A stretch of 32,000 bases of DNA from Zygophlyctis sp. KS116 (Eukaryota; Fungi; Chytridiomycota), in the NCBI GenBank assembly GCA_054661495.1, contig BAAFSQ010000023.1, positions 1-32,000 of the forward strand, in the 5' to 3' direction. Positions 22,146-32,000 of the stretch are shown here, one piece after another; position 1 is the first letter of the stretch, and every line of letters starts with the position of its first letter. The position numbers were made by a program, and so were the translations under genes. The notes below the pieces were generated by a model. The model searched no databases and was not told where the DNA came from. It worked only from the letters and a program-made list of their open reading frames with translations.

Positions 22146-24753
22146 TTATTTTTGCTTTTCTCTATTTGTGAGCTTAAGCGAGAAAAAAGATATCAAGTTC
22201 CATAAAATAGTTAAAAGTACAATATTTCTAAGATCAGTGCTTTGATTTGTCCAAGCGAATCCATTCCGGAAGTTTTGCGTCTCATTGTTCTTGACAAGAT
22301 TTTGCCAATAAATTTCAACGTCGCCGCCAAAAGCAGTGCCATTTACCTCCATTATCCTTACGTTAAGCTTAAATGACTTACCAGAAATATTCGATTCCCC
22401 AACGGGGAGCAGAAATATCCCAAAGAAAAGCAAATGAATTCAATGGTGCCTTCCTAACTTCTTTTAATTCAGGTAAAACTCCACTTAGGCAAAGTGACCA
22501 AAACAGTGCAAATCCCGTCCCAATTAATGGCGTTTTTGCAGGAGCGAAAATTATTGACAGAAAGTACCCCATTGCAAATGCATTAAAGTATAACAGTTCC
22601 ACTAGCAAAAGAAGATTCACAAATGGCCCCTTAAGCGGGTAAAAAAGGACTAAAGCTGCAGAAAAAGCACCGCCTGCGACTAGAACTCTTGGAAAATCAA
22701 CTAAAAACTTCCCAACATAGTATGGAATAGCAGACATTCCGGCAGCAGTATCTCTCCAGAACACAACTTTTTCTCGTCCAAAGGTACTTGATCCTGCGGC
22801 AATGCCTGCAAAAAAGACACCCAGACAAACAAACATGCCAGCCATCTTTATATTATCAGTTGGATTGTAACAAACCCAGCGGAGTGACCAAGTTTGGGTT
22901 TCACACACTTCACCGGGAAATTGTCCCAAGTAAGTGAAATTCTGAGTTGCAATACTGATAAATACTCCACAGCCAAAGTGAAGTAGCACATCGAAAATTA
23001 TAACCCTCGCATTCCTGAATACTTGCTTAGATGAACGTTTCATTAAGAGCCACAATTGACGATACATTGGAGTTGAATTGCGAACAGGGTCTGGAATACA
23101 AACTAAAGCCCGTCCAAGATGCAGTAAAAATTGTCCATAATCCATGAGCACATCCCACCAAAAATGAAAAGTACCCATGATGCTCGTCTTTAAAGTGATC
23201 AGAAAAGACAAATACCACGGCAGCTTCTTAACTGGAGGAGTTATAACCTCTTGAGCATTTTCTTGTGCGCGATTAATAAAAGAAATCGGCTTTCCAGTGG
23301 CTGTAAGTTCCCAATCTATAAATTAAAATATATTTGAAGTACAGTGAAACAAATCTGTTAGTTTAAAATAAGGATCAAGTGAGCTTTTCTTTCGGCCTGA
23401 TACAACATCCATGAAAAAATCAGATTCCGATTCATCTGGTGGGCATTCAAAGCCTATACCAGCAAAATATTGAGCCGCAAGTTCTCTTGGCCCCATATAT
23501 ACTACTTTTCCTCCTTTACCCAGGAGTAAAAAGTCATCAAATTCACGAAAAGTAGCTGGAGAAGGGGAATGAATTACCGCAGCAATAGTTAATCCTTGCT
23601 GTCTCGCAATTTCCCTCAATTTAGCGCATACATCAAACGAAGTTGATGAATCAAGACCTGATGTTGGCTCATCCAGGAAAAGGACTGATGGCTCAGCAAC
23701 AAGTTCCATTCCAATATTAACTCTTTTCCGCTGGCCTCCAGAAATTCCTCTTTCCTCTTCATTTCCTACGATTGAATCAATAACATGCGACATTCCAAGG
23801 AAAGAAATGATTTCCAACATTTTCATCTTGATTTTTGAGTAATTCCAATCAGCAGGAAGTCTCATACGAGCACTGTGCATCAGAATATCTCGAACTGTTA
23901 ATTCTCTTAACATAATATCATCTTGTGGGACATAACCAATCAATTTCTTATAGTTCAAAAGTTCATCTGGTTCCCCATTAATCAGAACAGTCCCTGTTGT
24001 GCGTTTGGTTTTCCCAGTTAGTAATGTAATAAATGTAGTTTTACCGGCTCCACTAGGCCCCATAATAGCAGTAGTTCTGCCACTTCTCAACATTCCACTT
24101 ACACCAGACATAATAGTCACTCCATTTGGTAACTTTAATGATAAGTTTTGAAATTCAATATCAAAAGTATTTGATAGTTTAGTTAAAGCCTGCTGATCTA
24201 TAAGAGAGGTAGAAGAGTGACTATTAATAGAATCAACTTCATACTTGTGTCTTAATCTTCGAATTCTATTAGAAGCATCCTTCCATTTAAAGAAAAATAC
24301 CGGAATCAGCAACAGAACTAACATAACGACGAATACAACCACTTTTGGAGCATCCTGAGTTCCTTCTGGGCAAATTGCCAGATAACTACATTTATAAGGC
24401 TTGATTGTTCCAATTGGACAATAAAAATTCCTTGGACATATTGCCATAGAGCTAGCATCCGAAGAACAATAGAAACCTGCCGGACAATATATTGGTTGGA
24501 ATGAATTTAGAGGACAGAAAAATCCTGGCCTACATTCGCTTTGCCTTTGAGGAGTTTGACAGAAAAATCCCTTTGGACAATCCCAAGTTGTAGAAGGATA
24601 ACCACAATCTATCCCTGAAGTTGTATTTTTAACAGTCCCATCAGTTGCATTGAAAGGACAAAGACTCTCTTTTAGAACGGGAGTGGTAGATTGAGCATTC
24701 AGAATACCAAGAGATAATAAGCTTCCGAATATATAAAAGATGAATTTGATCAT
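22146..24753 (-). CDS. ABCG half-transporter with extracellular Cys-rich N-terminal repeats, 3 exons
   Basis: Signal peptide, CPxGFxC repeats, TM helix, Walker A GPSGAGKTT, signature ISGGQRKR, LFLDEPTSGLD, ABC2-type membrane domain. Introns of 27 and 25 nt. Confidence 0.93.
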
Positions 24754-24804
24754 GATCAGTCAACTTGTAAAAACAACAGTAGGCGGTAAAGTTAGTGACG
24801 CCAC
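24754..24804. promoter_or_regulatory. 51-nt bidirectional promoter region (ABCG and YbaK-like genes)
   Basis: Divergent ATGs at 24753(-) and 24805(+). Contains GTCAA (24759), AGTAGGCG (24778) and GTGACG (24795). Confidence 0.6.
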
Positions 24805-25417
24805 ATGAGTTTTATCGCTGCATCTATTAGTCCTGAATGGCCTAGCAGCGTTATTAGAGTTGCTGATAGTCTGATTGATTCTAATGCAGTCATTTTAGTC
24901 GTTGATTCTGATTATTATGATTGGACTTATGAAAAACGCATGTAACTCTCCCATAACTTACCAAAAAAGGCTTGCTATAAATGCCCCGTCCATTGATCAC
25001 TTGTGTAAAACCGTCTTGTTTGAAAACACTAAGTGGTTATCGACTCTTGATGATGCATATGACGCAAGAAATTCAAAGTATTATTTTGTAATCGTACAGT
25101 ATACCGATAAAATACAATCTACAAAACTAAATAATTATATAAGATCGGAAATGGGAGGATCAGCTGTTTCTAGAAAACACTACAACCTCAGAGTAGCCTC
25201 TGAAGACAAAGCTTTGGAATTAACAGGATTTATTAAAAATGCAGTCTGTCCCATTGCAACTCATCAAAAAATACCTTTAATAATTACTGAAAATGTTTCT
25301 AAATTAGATCCACCAATTATATGTTTGGGAAGTGGACATCCAGATTATAAACTTTTAATACCATTTATAGAACTGGTTTCAATTACAAATGCCACGATAG
25401 CAGATCTATCTTACTGA
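24805..25417 (+). CDS. YbaK/prolyl-tRNA editing superfamily protein, 2 exons
   Basis: SDYYDW..EKR|LAINAPSIDHLCKTVLFENT, YYFVIVQY, ELTGF..NAVCPI, LGSGHPDYKL. 28-nt intron at 24942-24969. Confidence 0.85.
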
Positions 25418-26029
25418 AACTTTACCCAATCATCTTTTTTTGGAGGAGGAGCAATAGAAACTTTAGTTGGATAAAATAAAATTACAATTTTCCAGTTTTT
25501 GATCAGATTCTTTTTGTGATTTGTGAGTCTTTGAGTTGGTTCCAAGAGATAAACTTATCGTTTGTCCCTCTTTAAGAGAAAAATCAACTTTTGGACCATC
25601 TTCCTTGGGCATTTTTTGAACAGAATTAGATCTATTAAAATCCTGTAAAGCAATTTGAAAATCAAAAGCACTAGATCTTTCAGGAAACCCAATTCCTATA
25701 AATGCATGATTTCCTAGCATAAATGAATCTAAAATACCTGTATTTTGATCCACAACTTTTAATACAAAATATCTACTACTATCAGTCACTTGCTCTAATG
25801 TATTTGAATTTATATCAAACGGAGATGAAGCAAACAGACTTCCATCAGTCGCATCTTCTAATACTATTGTTGCATTAGAGTTATTTGCCAGAATACGTAG
25901 ACGCCCACTCCAAATATAGTTATTAACATCCCAATCAGAGGCTTTATATCCCTTGGCTGTCATTCTTGGAGGGATCTGATATACATAAACCTCCTTGTGA
26001 ATATACAAAACTCTGTCATAGTCTTCCAT
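25411..26029 (-). CDS. NECAP: Adaptin ear-binding coat-associated protein (NECAP), 3 exons
   Basis: PHear domain: EVYVYQIPPR..GYKASDW, WSGRLRI, EQVTDSSRYFVL, HAFIGIGF.ERS.AFDF..ALQD, DFSLKEGQTI. C-terminal WVKF (WxxF) motif after a 25-nt intron. Confidence 0.93.
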
Positions 26030-26566
26030 TAGATTTAAACGCGTCAACGGGCGGTATCATGGGAAAATAAATTGGCATCATCGGCTTATGCAGTCTCTAA
26101 GGATTCTTGCCGACTTTTTTCGTAAACATGCTTTTCAATTGTATATTTAATCTGCATCCATATGACATTTTAATAAAATCAAAGTACGTTACTCAAAGAA
26201 TATATACTTTTTTATATATAATGGCAGCTATCCTATCAAAAAATACATATCCGAACATAATATCAAGTATATCAAAGAAAATATACTCTTTTAAGTCTTG
26301 AGATAATAGAAACGGAAGAAATTTAAGATTAGAGAGAATTCTTGTGCATTTTATAGCTGATGCAGAAATTATTAAAATATTCTTGTAAACCGCTGGTACT
26401 AGTGCAGAAAAGAATTGTTGGCCAGGGAGAGATAGGAATTTTTTCACAGTTGGAAATAAAGTGATTGATAATGGATGCGAGCAAGAAGTCAAAGGACCTT
26501 AGTTGATGAGTTATGATTGGCAAGACTACAAGACCTTAGTTCTAATAAGATATTTCTTTATTGCAA

Positions 26567-27841
26567 CTACAAAGGAGTAACTTTTTTCGATAGTTTCATC
26601 TGGTTTTCTTTGCCAGAAACGGGAAACATGTTCTTATCGAGTGACTCCCCAAGAACACTTGCACCTGAGCCGAGAAGCTTAACTGGAGTACACTGTTTTG
26701 CAATATAAAGCACAGCAAGCTTTTTTGGCGATGCGCGGAAGACTAGTGCCATATCCATGGGACATTTTGCAATCGGCACCCCAAGAAACAGAACTGGTAA
26801 ATGCAATTGTTGTTCCGCAAACCCTAAATCAAACGGGCTATCGGTTCCTTTGATGGCCCAGCTAGAAATGAACGCGAGTGGACATTTGCTGAAAAATCCA
26901 GGTAGTGGTCTAGTGGTACCGACAAATGAGCCCTGGTCGTTCGGGTTGAGTGACATGCGTACATTTTCGGGAGTTTTATAGCCGCCTTTATCGTAGAGGA
27001 CAATTTCCTCGTAGTTCCCTGCATCGTTGTTGTTCAAAATTGAACAACGCGGTCGATAATTGATTGTCATCATGCCCAGACGAACAGGGGCACATGCATT
27101 CATGTAGTGAGAAGTCAATATATCGTTGGTGGAGATGAATCCAGTAGTACATATTTTCTTTGCTTCTTGTACTTTGGCTTCGTCAACATAGTACGCTATT
27201 GCTGTAGAAGAAGGTTTTCGGAACATACCCATCAAATATGCTTTAAGAAAAGTTAAACTTGATCCAAACTTCAAAATTGGGGGGCTAATCAAAGTCGGTA
27301 ACAGCTGCTGATACTCCATTTTACGTTGTGGATTCAAGGCTCGTACGTTCACAGAAGCTGAATCAGTGAGCATATTGAGAATTTCGTAATACGTGTAGCC
27401 ATCAGCGATTGCATGTGATAATGAAAAAAGAACAACGAATTGAGATTGCTGTTCGGTTGGTGCAACGACTAATCTGCAAACAGGAGCGCCAGCTTTCAGT
27501 AACTTGTGACCATTCAGATTACCATTCCCACCAAGACTATAAGGAGAGCAGGTTTTGATGAGAATTTCATACTCCGTTTTAGGGCTGATTGCAATTGGAG
27601 TAGTAATGACGCTCAGCACATCGTTGAGCTGTGTTTCAGTAGAATAAACCAATTTCTGTTCATTTCCGGACATAACAAGTTTTCCGCCCAACCAGGGGTT
27701 CGCCTGCAAGACATGTTTAAATCTACTCTGAAAATGTGTTTCTGCTAAAGAGATGCTCCCCCCAAAGAATGTTGCGGTACAAATCGCAGGATGATTAAAG
27801 TAAATTGAAAGTTCTCGTTTTAAAAGGGCTTCAGTAGGCAT
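26567..27841 (-). CDS. Intronless CoA-dependent acyltransferase-fold protein (HXXXD; BAHD/condensation-like)
   Basis: LQANPWLGGKL, FSLSHAIADGYTYY (HXXXD), ISTNDILTS, INYRPR, AGNY. 424-aa uninterrupted ORF. Confidence 0.8.
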   Translation of the reverse strand: MPTEALLKRELSIYFNHPAICTATFFGGSISLAETHFQSRFKHVLQANPWLGGKLVMSGNEQKLVYSTETQLNDVLSVITTPIAISPKTEYEILIKTCSPYSLGGNGNLNGHKLLKAGAPVCRLVVAPTEQQSQFVVLFSLSHAIADGYTYYEILNMLTDSASVNVRALNPQRKMEYQQLLPTLISPPILKFGSSLTFLKAYLMGMFRKPSSTAIAYYVDEAKVQEAKKICTTGFISTNDILTSHYMNACAPVRLGMMTINYRPRCSILNNNDAGNYEEIVLYDKGGYKTPENVRMSLNPNDQGSFVGTTRPLPGFFSKCPLAFISSWAIKGTDSPFDLGFAEQQLHLPVLFLGVPIAKCPMDMALVFRASPKKLAVLYIAKQCTPVKLLGSGASVLGESLDKNMFPVSGKENQMKLSKKVTPL

Positions 27842-28009
27842 TGGTAAAGTGTTTTTTTGTTTACTCTATAAACAAAAAAACTTTTCGCAATTAATGTACG
27901 CTGGAGAAGATGGTTGGCCAGTGATTAACTGTTAGAGATGAAAAAGATTGCAGATCAAAGTTGCAGATCCCAAAATTTGTACACAAAATTTTCTTTTTTT
28001 CAGTAAGAA

Positions 28010-28621
28010 ATGTTCACTATTGACCGATCTTTTTCCTTTTATGCAATCTACTTCTTCATACTTTTTGTATTTCTCTCTTAGCTAATGCATTATAGATTTC
28101 TAATTGTGTGTTTTTAGGTGGTCTTGATTCTAGTTCCAAGAGAGGATCTGATTGTTATCTTTACATTCGGGGATTTGAAATTAATGGTCCAGCAACATAT
28201 TTTACAAATTCATCTGCTTGTGGAGGAACAATTGCAATCGCTGCAATAAGTCTTGTTATCGGAATGATTATTCCTCTTTGGATTGTTAGATATAAGGCTA
28301 AAAGTCAAGTAATTCCAACCAAAGTTGTCTTTTACTGTGCATGCATATCATCTGCAATGGCATTTATGGTACTAGTTGTTGCATCAATTGTTTCGGCTGG
28401 AATAAAGGCAACTTGTTATGAATTTAGTAGATTTGGAAGACCTGATTGTGGTTTTGTATACGACACTTATCTAGGAGTTAATTTTAATACCTTGAAAGCT
28501 GCTGCGGGAGGTAAGATTTAAAATATTAAAGTTAGCTGGATGGTTTGTTTTCTTTTGTTGGGCTATTTTTGCTGCTTTTGAATGGTACTCTTACAAGAAT
28601 GAAGCTCAAAGATGGTGGTAG
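28010..28621 (+). CDS. Four-TM membrane protein (MARVEL/TMEM179-like), 3 exons
   Basis: ATG 28010, two short GT-AG introns, four hydrophobic segments with Cys-containing loops, stop TAG at 28619-28621. The family call is tentative. Confidence 0.65.
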
Positions 28622-28663
28622 AAATACAGATTTTAAATTTTATATACAATTTTAGAATTTTTC

Positions 28664-29854
28664 ATGTCCAAGATTAGAGATCGCACAGAGAATGAGTCTG
28701 TTCCTAGAGTATTTTTCAATATTTAACAGATAGAAGAAATGCAAACTCTCTCATCGGCCAATCTATTATATAAAGGACAATTTGAGATTTGTGGAGCCTT
28801 ATGATTTTACTTTTGAGTCTTTTGCAAAGGGGAGATGGATTGGGAAAAGCATTTATGATGTATTTATTACAGAATTCAGGGACAGATCCAATGCATACTA
28901 TGCTCTAGCAATTGATTCTGGTAAAATTAAAGTCAATGGGAAAGTTGTCACTAGAGATTATATTATACAAAATGGGGATGTTTTATCACATTCTGTTCAT
29001 CGGCATGAGCCACCAGTACTGGTAATCAAATTAAAGTAATTTATAGAATCAACCGATAAAGATCATTAAAGAGGATGCCAATTTATTAATTGTTGATAAG
29101 CCACCTTCTCTTCCAGTTCATCCAACTGGACGATATACTCATAATACTCTAGTAAATATTCTTAAATATGAATTTGGATATGATAATCTACATCCGATTA
29201 ATCGAATTGATCGTTTAACTTCTGGAATCGTGCTTTTAGCATTAGATAAACAAACTGCAATTTCAAAATGTGAAGAAATGGCAAGTAGGAATATATCAAA
29301 GACTTATATTTGTAAAGTCATTGGTGATTTCCCAGAGTATGTTTTTTTATTTTCAAAGATTTAGTCTAGAGATTAAATGTGATGAACCTCTTGCTATATT
29401 TGCTCATAAACTTGGAATCAATCATGTTTCGAAAAATGGTAAAGAATCATGCACAATATTTAAGAAAATTTCCTTTGATGGTTCAAATAGTTTAGTTGAA
29501 GCCAGACCTTTAACTGGTAGAACTCATCAAATTAGAGTTCATTTACAATACTTGGGGTATCCTATAGCAAATGATCCACTTTATGGTTGTAAAGATATTT
29601 GGGGTGAAGATTTGGGAAAAGGAAATCTTGATACAAAAACTCTAGAAAGGATTACTAGTCTACTTGCATTAAAATTACAGACTGATCCAAAAGATGATCA
29701 AGAAAGTGAGTCTGATGTTGCATTATGTTATGATTGTTCAAATCCAAGATCTGATCCAAATCAATCTGAATTATTTATTTGGCTTCATTCTCTTAAATAT
29801 GAAGGATCGGACTGGAGTTATTTGTCGCAACTTCCACATTGGGGAAAATCTTGA
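28664..29854 (+). CDS. RluA-family pseudouridine synthase (Rib2/Pus9-like), 4 exons
   Basis: S4-like domain, [31 protein letters not shown] (catalytic Asp), [33 protein letters not shown]. Confidence 0.93.
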
Positions 29855-29858
29855 CGTG

Positions 29859-30628
29859 ATGTCGTCAAACTCTTTAGATATTCAACAGCCCGGATCCATA
29901 TTTAGTTTAGTATGGTCGACATTCGAAAATAAAGTAAGAAATTTAAAAGCTAATTCAGGAAACTGAGAATTTGTATTATATCGTGTCTGAATTGAGTTTA
30001 TCGCAGTTGCGGTCTCTACTTATTTGAAGAGTTGGAAAGCTCAACAGAGGCATTAGACAAAGGCTCAAGCACATTTGCTCTATGCCTTGATTTTAAGTAT
30101 CAGCTAATCAATTGTCTACTTCGTTGCTGGCCTCTAGAAAAACGATCAGAAATGTTAAATATATTTCATCCAATGGAATGCATTTGTATTTTACTTAAAT
30201 TCATGCAAGATCTGATTATTAACAGTGCATATGTTCTTTCAGAGGATTTTCAAGCAATCAGGGCTCTAATTCATAATGATTTTTTTACAGTCTATCAGGT
30301 CTATTCTTATGTAATTCTTTGGATGCATTACAAAGTTGATGATCCATACCTCTCTGATAAAAAAGACTATGACACATTTTTTAGCTCTTATACAAAAGAT
30401 GAACGGTATTTTTTGTATTTTAATATCAGGAACAAAGTAATGGGTAGAATAGCTAGTGATTTGTTGGACTATTTGCTCGAAAATATAGATAAAATCGACA
30501 AACCGTGTAAATTACCACATATGGAGGTTCTGATTCCTCTTTTAAGTGATACTCACCTGATTAGATTTTGGAAATTCTTTAGTCTGCTTGATGCACCAAA
30601 AGGTGATTTTTTACGTTCTAAACTGTAG
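29859..30628 (+). CDS. Hypothetical helical protein; 3' end uncertain
   Basis: Exon 29859-29933, intron 29934-29958, 14-nt micro-exon 29959-29972, intron 29973-30006, then joins the 198-aa ORF in frame. A further intron is possible at 30603-30628. Confidence 0.6.
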
Positions 30629-30782
30629 AAATTTATAAAGCTTCTTAATCCGATTCAAAAAGAACAATTATTACAAAGAAATTGTAGATTTGAGAAATAC
30701 ATAGAAACGCTCGGAATAGAATAAATATATAAAAGAAAAAGTAATTCGTTTACTTTGTCCCAATTGATAAAATGAAAGGTTT

Positions 30783-30855
30783 TGGAGAAGGCCGGCATTG
30801 ATCCGGCTACCCCTTGAATGCGAATCAAGTGCTCTACCATTTGAGCTACATCCCC
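30783..30855 (-). tRNA. tRNA-Ala(CGC)
   Basis: Reverse complement reads GGGGATG TA GCTC AAATGGTA GAGC A CTTGA TTCGCAT TCAAG GGGTA GCCGG ATCAATG CCGGC CTTCTCC A. G3:U70 Ala identity pair; A54-type T loop. Confidence 0.94.
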
Positions 30856-30973
30856 ACCACGTCTTGGAAAAATTTGTGTTATTTATATACTGTTATGTTT
30901 TACAAGTATATTTTCACCTCTTTCTCAGAACATTTGTGGATGGATATAAGTCAATTTAAAAACAAGATTAAAA

Positions 30974-32000
30974 TCATTTCTTACATTTTCCAGTTAAAAT
31001 AATCTTTTCGGACTGCCCCATATCTCCCTTGATCACCAAAAAGCCATTAAATGAGCCGGTCTGAATTGGCGTGAATGCGACCGGAAATTCAATGTAGGAT
31101 TTACCATCAATGCATAATTCATCGGCTGGTATTGCAAATGGCCCAGATATATATAGTTTGAATTTGGAAGGTTTCGCACGATTATTGCATACATAAATAT
31201 TTAAAGATGGATTTGTTCGTAGTCGTACATCACCAAAGTTAAGAGTTTGCTTGGATGATTGTTTCAGTGGCAAGATTCGTTTTTGAGGTTCGGTCTGTAT
31301 AAGACGTGTCTTAGACTTGGCTTGATTAGGAGTTTGATGTAAATATTCACCATTGGGCAAAGAGCATCGTGGTCTTGAATTATTTCGTGCTTCTGAATGA
31401 GGATTGAGAGATTCACCCTTTAATTCTAATACTATTATATGGTTTTGTACTCTTAAATGATATGTTTGAGTATGAATACCAGCAATCAATGGGAAAAAAG
31501 AAATAGAGAGTATTATATCGGAGCCTGAAAGAACTTTTCCTTTGCTTTGGATAAACCTAAAGATAATATCATCAACAGTATGCTTGTTTTGTGATTCAAT
31601 ATCCACATAGGGATTTCCAACCGATTTTACGGTCCAAATTGCATCCTTGGCTGTTGGATTATTGATAGATATTGAGATTCTAGATTCATGGCGATATTCT
31701 ACCGCAGGGAAAATAATGTCCATTCTATTGCTTTCCATACTTATTAATGACAGGTTTTGAGCACTAGATTTGTCAAGATCTTGATTATAAAGGTCCCCAA
31801 TTTTATCTTCTACATTTGTTTTGGCTTTAAAAGAGTCATCAATACTACCAACGGCGTTTTTTTCAATTGTATCAATCGATTCTTGATAAATACGTGAAGA
31901 CGGTGATGAATACAAAGGAGGTCGAACTAATCTTGATCCCCTTGGGGTTTGAAGCTAGAAGTGAGACTTTACAAAAACTTTACTAATTTGTTTGAATCAG
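30974..32000 (-). CDS. C-terminal part of a protein with two ASH (ASPM/SPD-2/Hydin)-like Ig domains, centrosome/cilium-associated; 5' end outside the window
   Basis: LNFGDV..LNIYVCNN..FKLYISGPFAI..IEFPVAFTP..GSFNGFLVI, and an upstream IIFP..ISINNPT..LSISFFP..G.HTQ..L domain. Short intron near 31955-31983. Confidence 0.7.

Noticed and set aside
30629-30724. Open frame after the TAG at 30628 suggesting stop-codon readthrough
   Set aside because: A 26-nt GT-AG intron ending at this TAG, or chance, explains it equally well; no homology support.
30655-30840. 61-aa ORF on the - strand
   Set aside because: Overlaps the tRNA-Ala gene; spurious translation.
1-32000. Transposons, CRISPR arrays, rRNA, long tandem repeats, non-canonical splice sites
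   Set aside because: No transposase/RT motifs, terminal repeats or repeat-spacer arrays seen; all introns I reconstructed are GT-AG.

Overview
AT-rich, extremely compact eukaryotic genomic DNA, most consistent with an early-diverging zoosporic (chytrid-like) fungus. That assignment is inferred from gene content (SEY1, eukaryotic GlnRS, NECAP, PIG-Y, an ASH-domain centriole/cilium-type protein, a plant-like LRR protein) and is not proven. The window holds about 20 protein-coding genes and two tRNA genes (Pro-TGG, Ala-CGC). Most genes are split by ultra-short GT-AG introns (23-34 nt in those I reconstructed by hand), which explains the fragmented ORF track. Notable signals: (i) three co-directional gene pairs with only 4-8 nt from stop to next ATG, divergent promoters of 41-51 nt, and convergent ends that abut or overlap; (ii) a recurrent TTGAC(G) element 3-13 nt upstream of start codons, twice built from the upstream gene's own TGA stop; (iii) proximal AGs closer than 23 nt to the donor appear to be skipped, suggesting length-measured splicing; (iv) a modular secreted class-3 lipase missed by the ORF track; (v) an intronless, GC-richer HXXXD acyltransferase that is a candidate horizontal acquisition; (vi) phased CGCG and E-box clusters in small intergenic regions.
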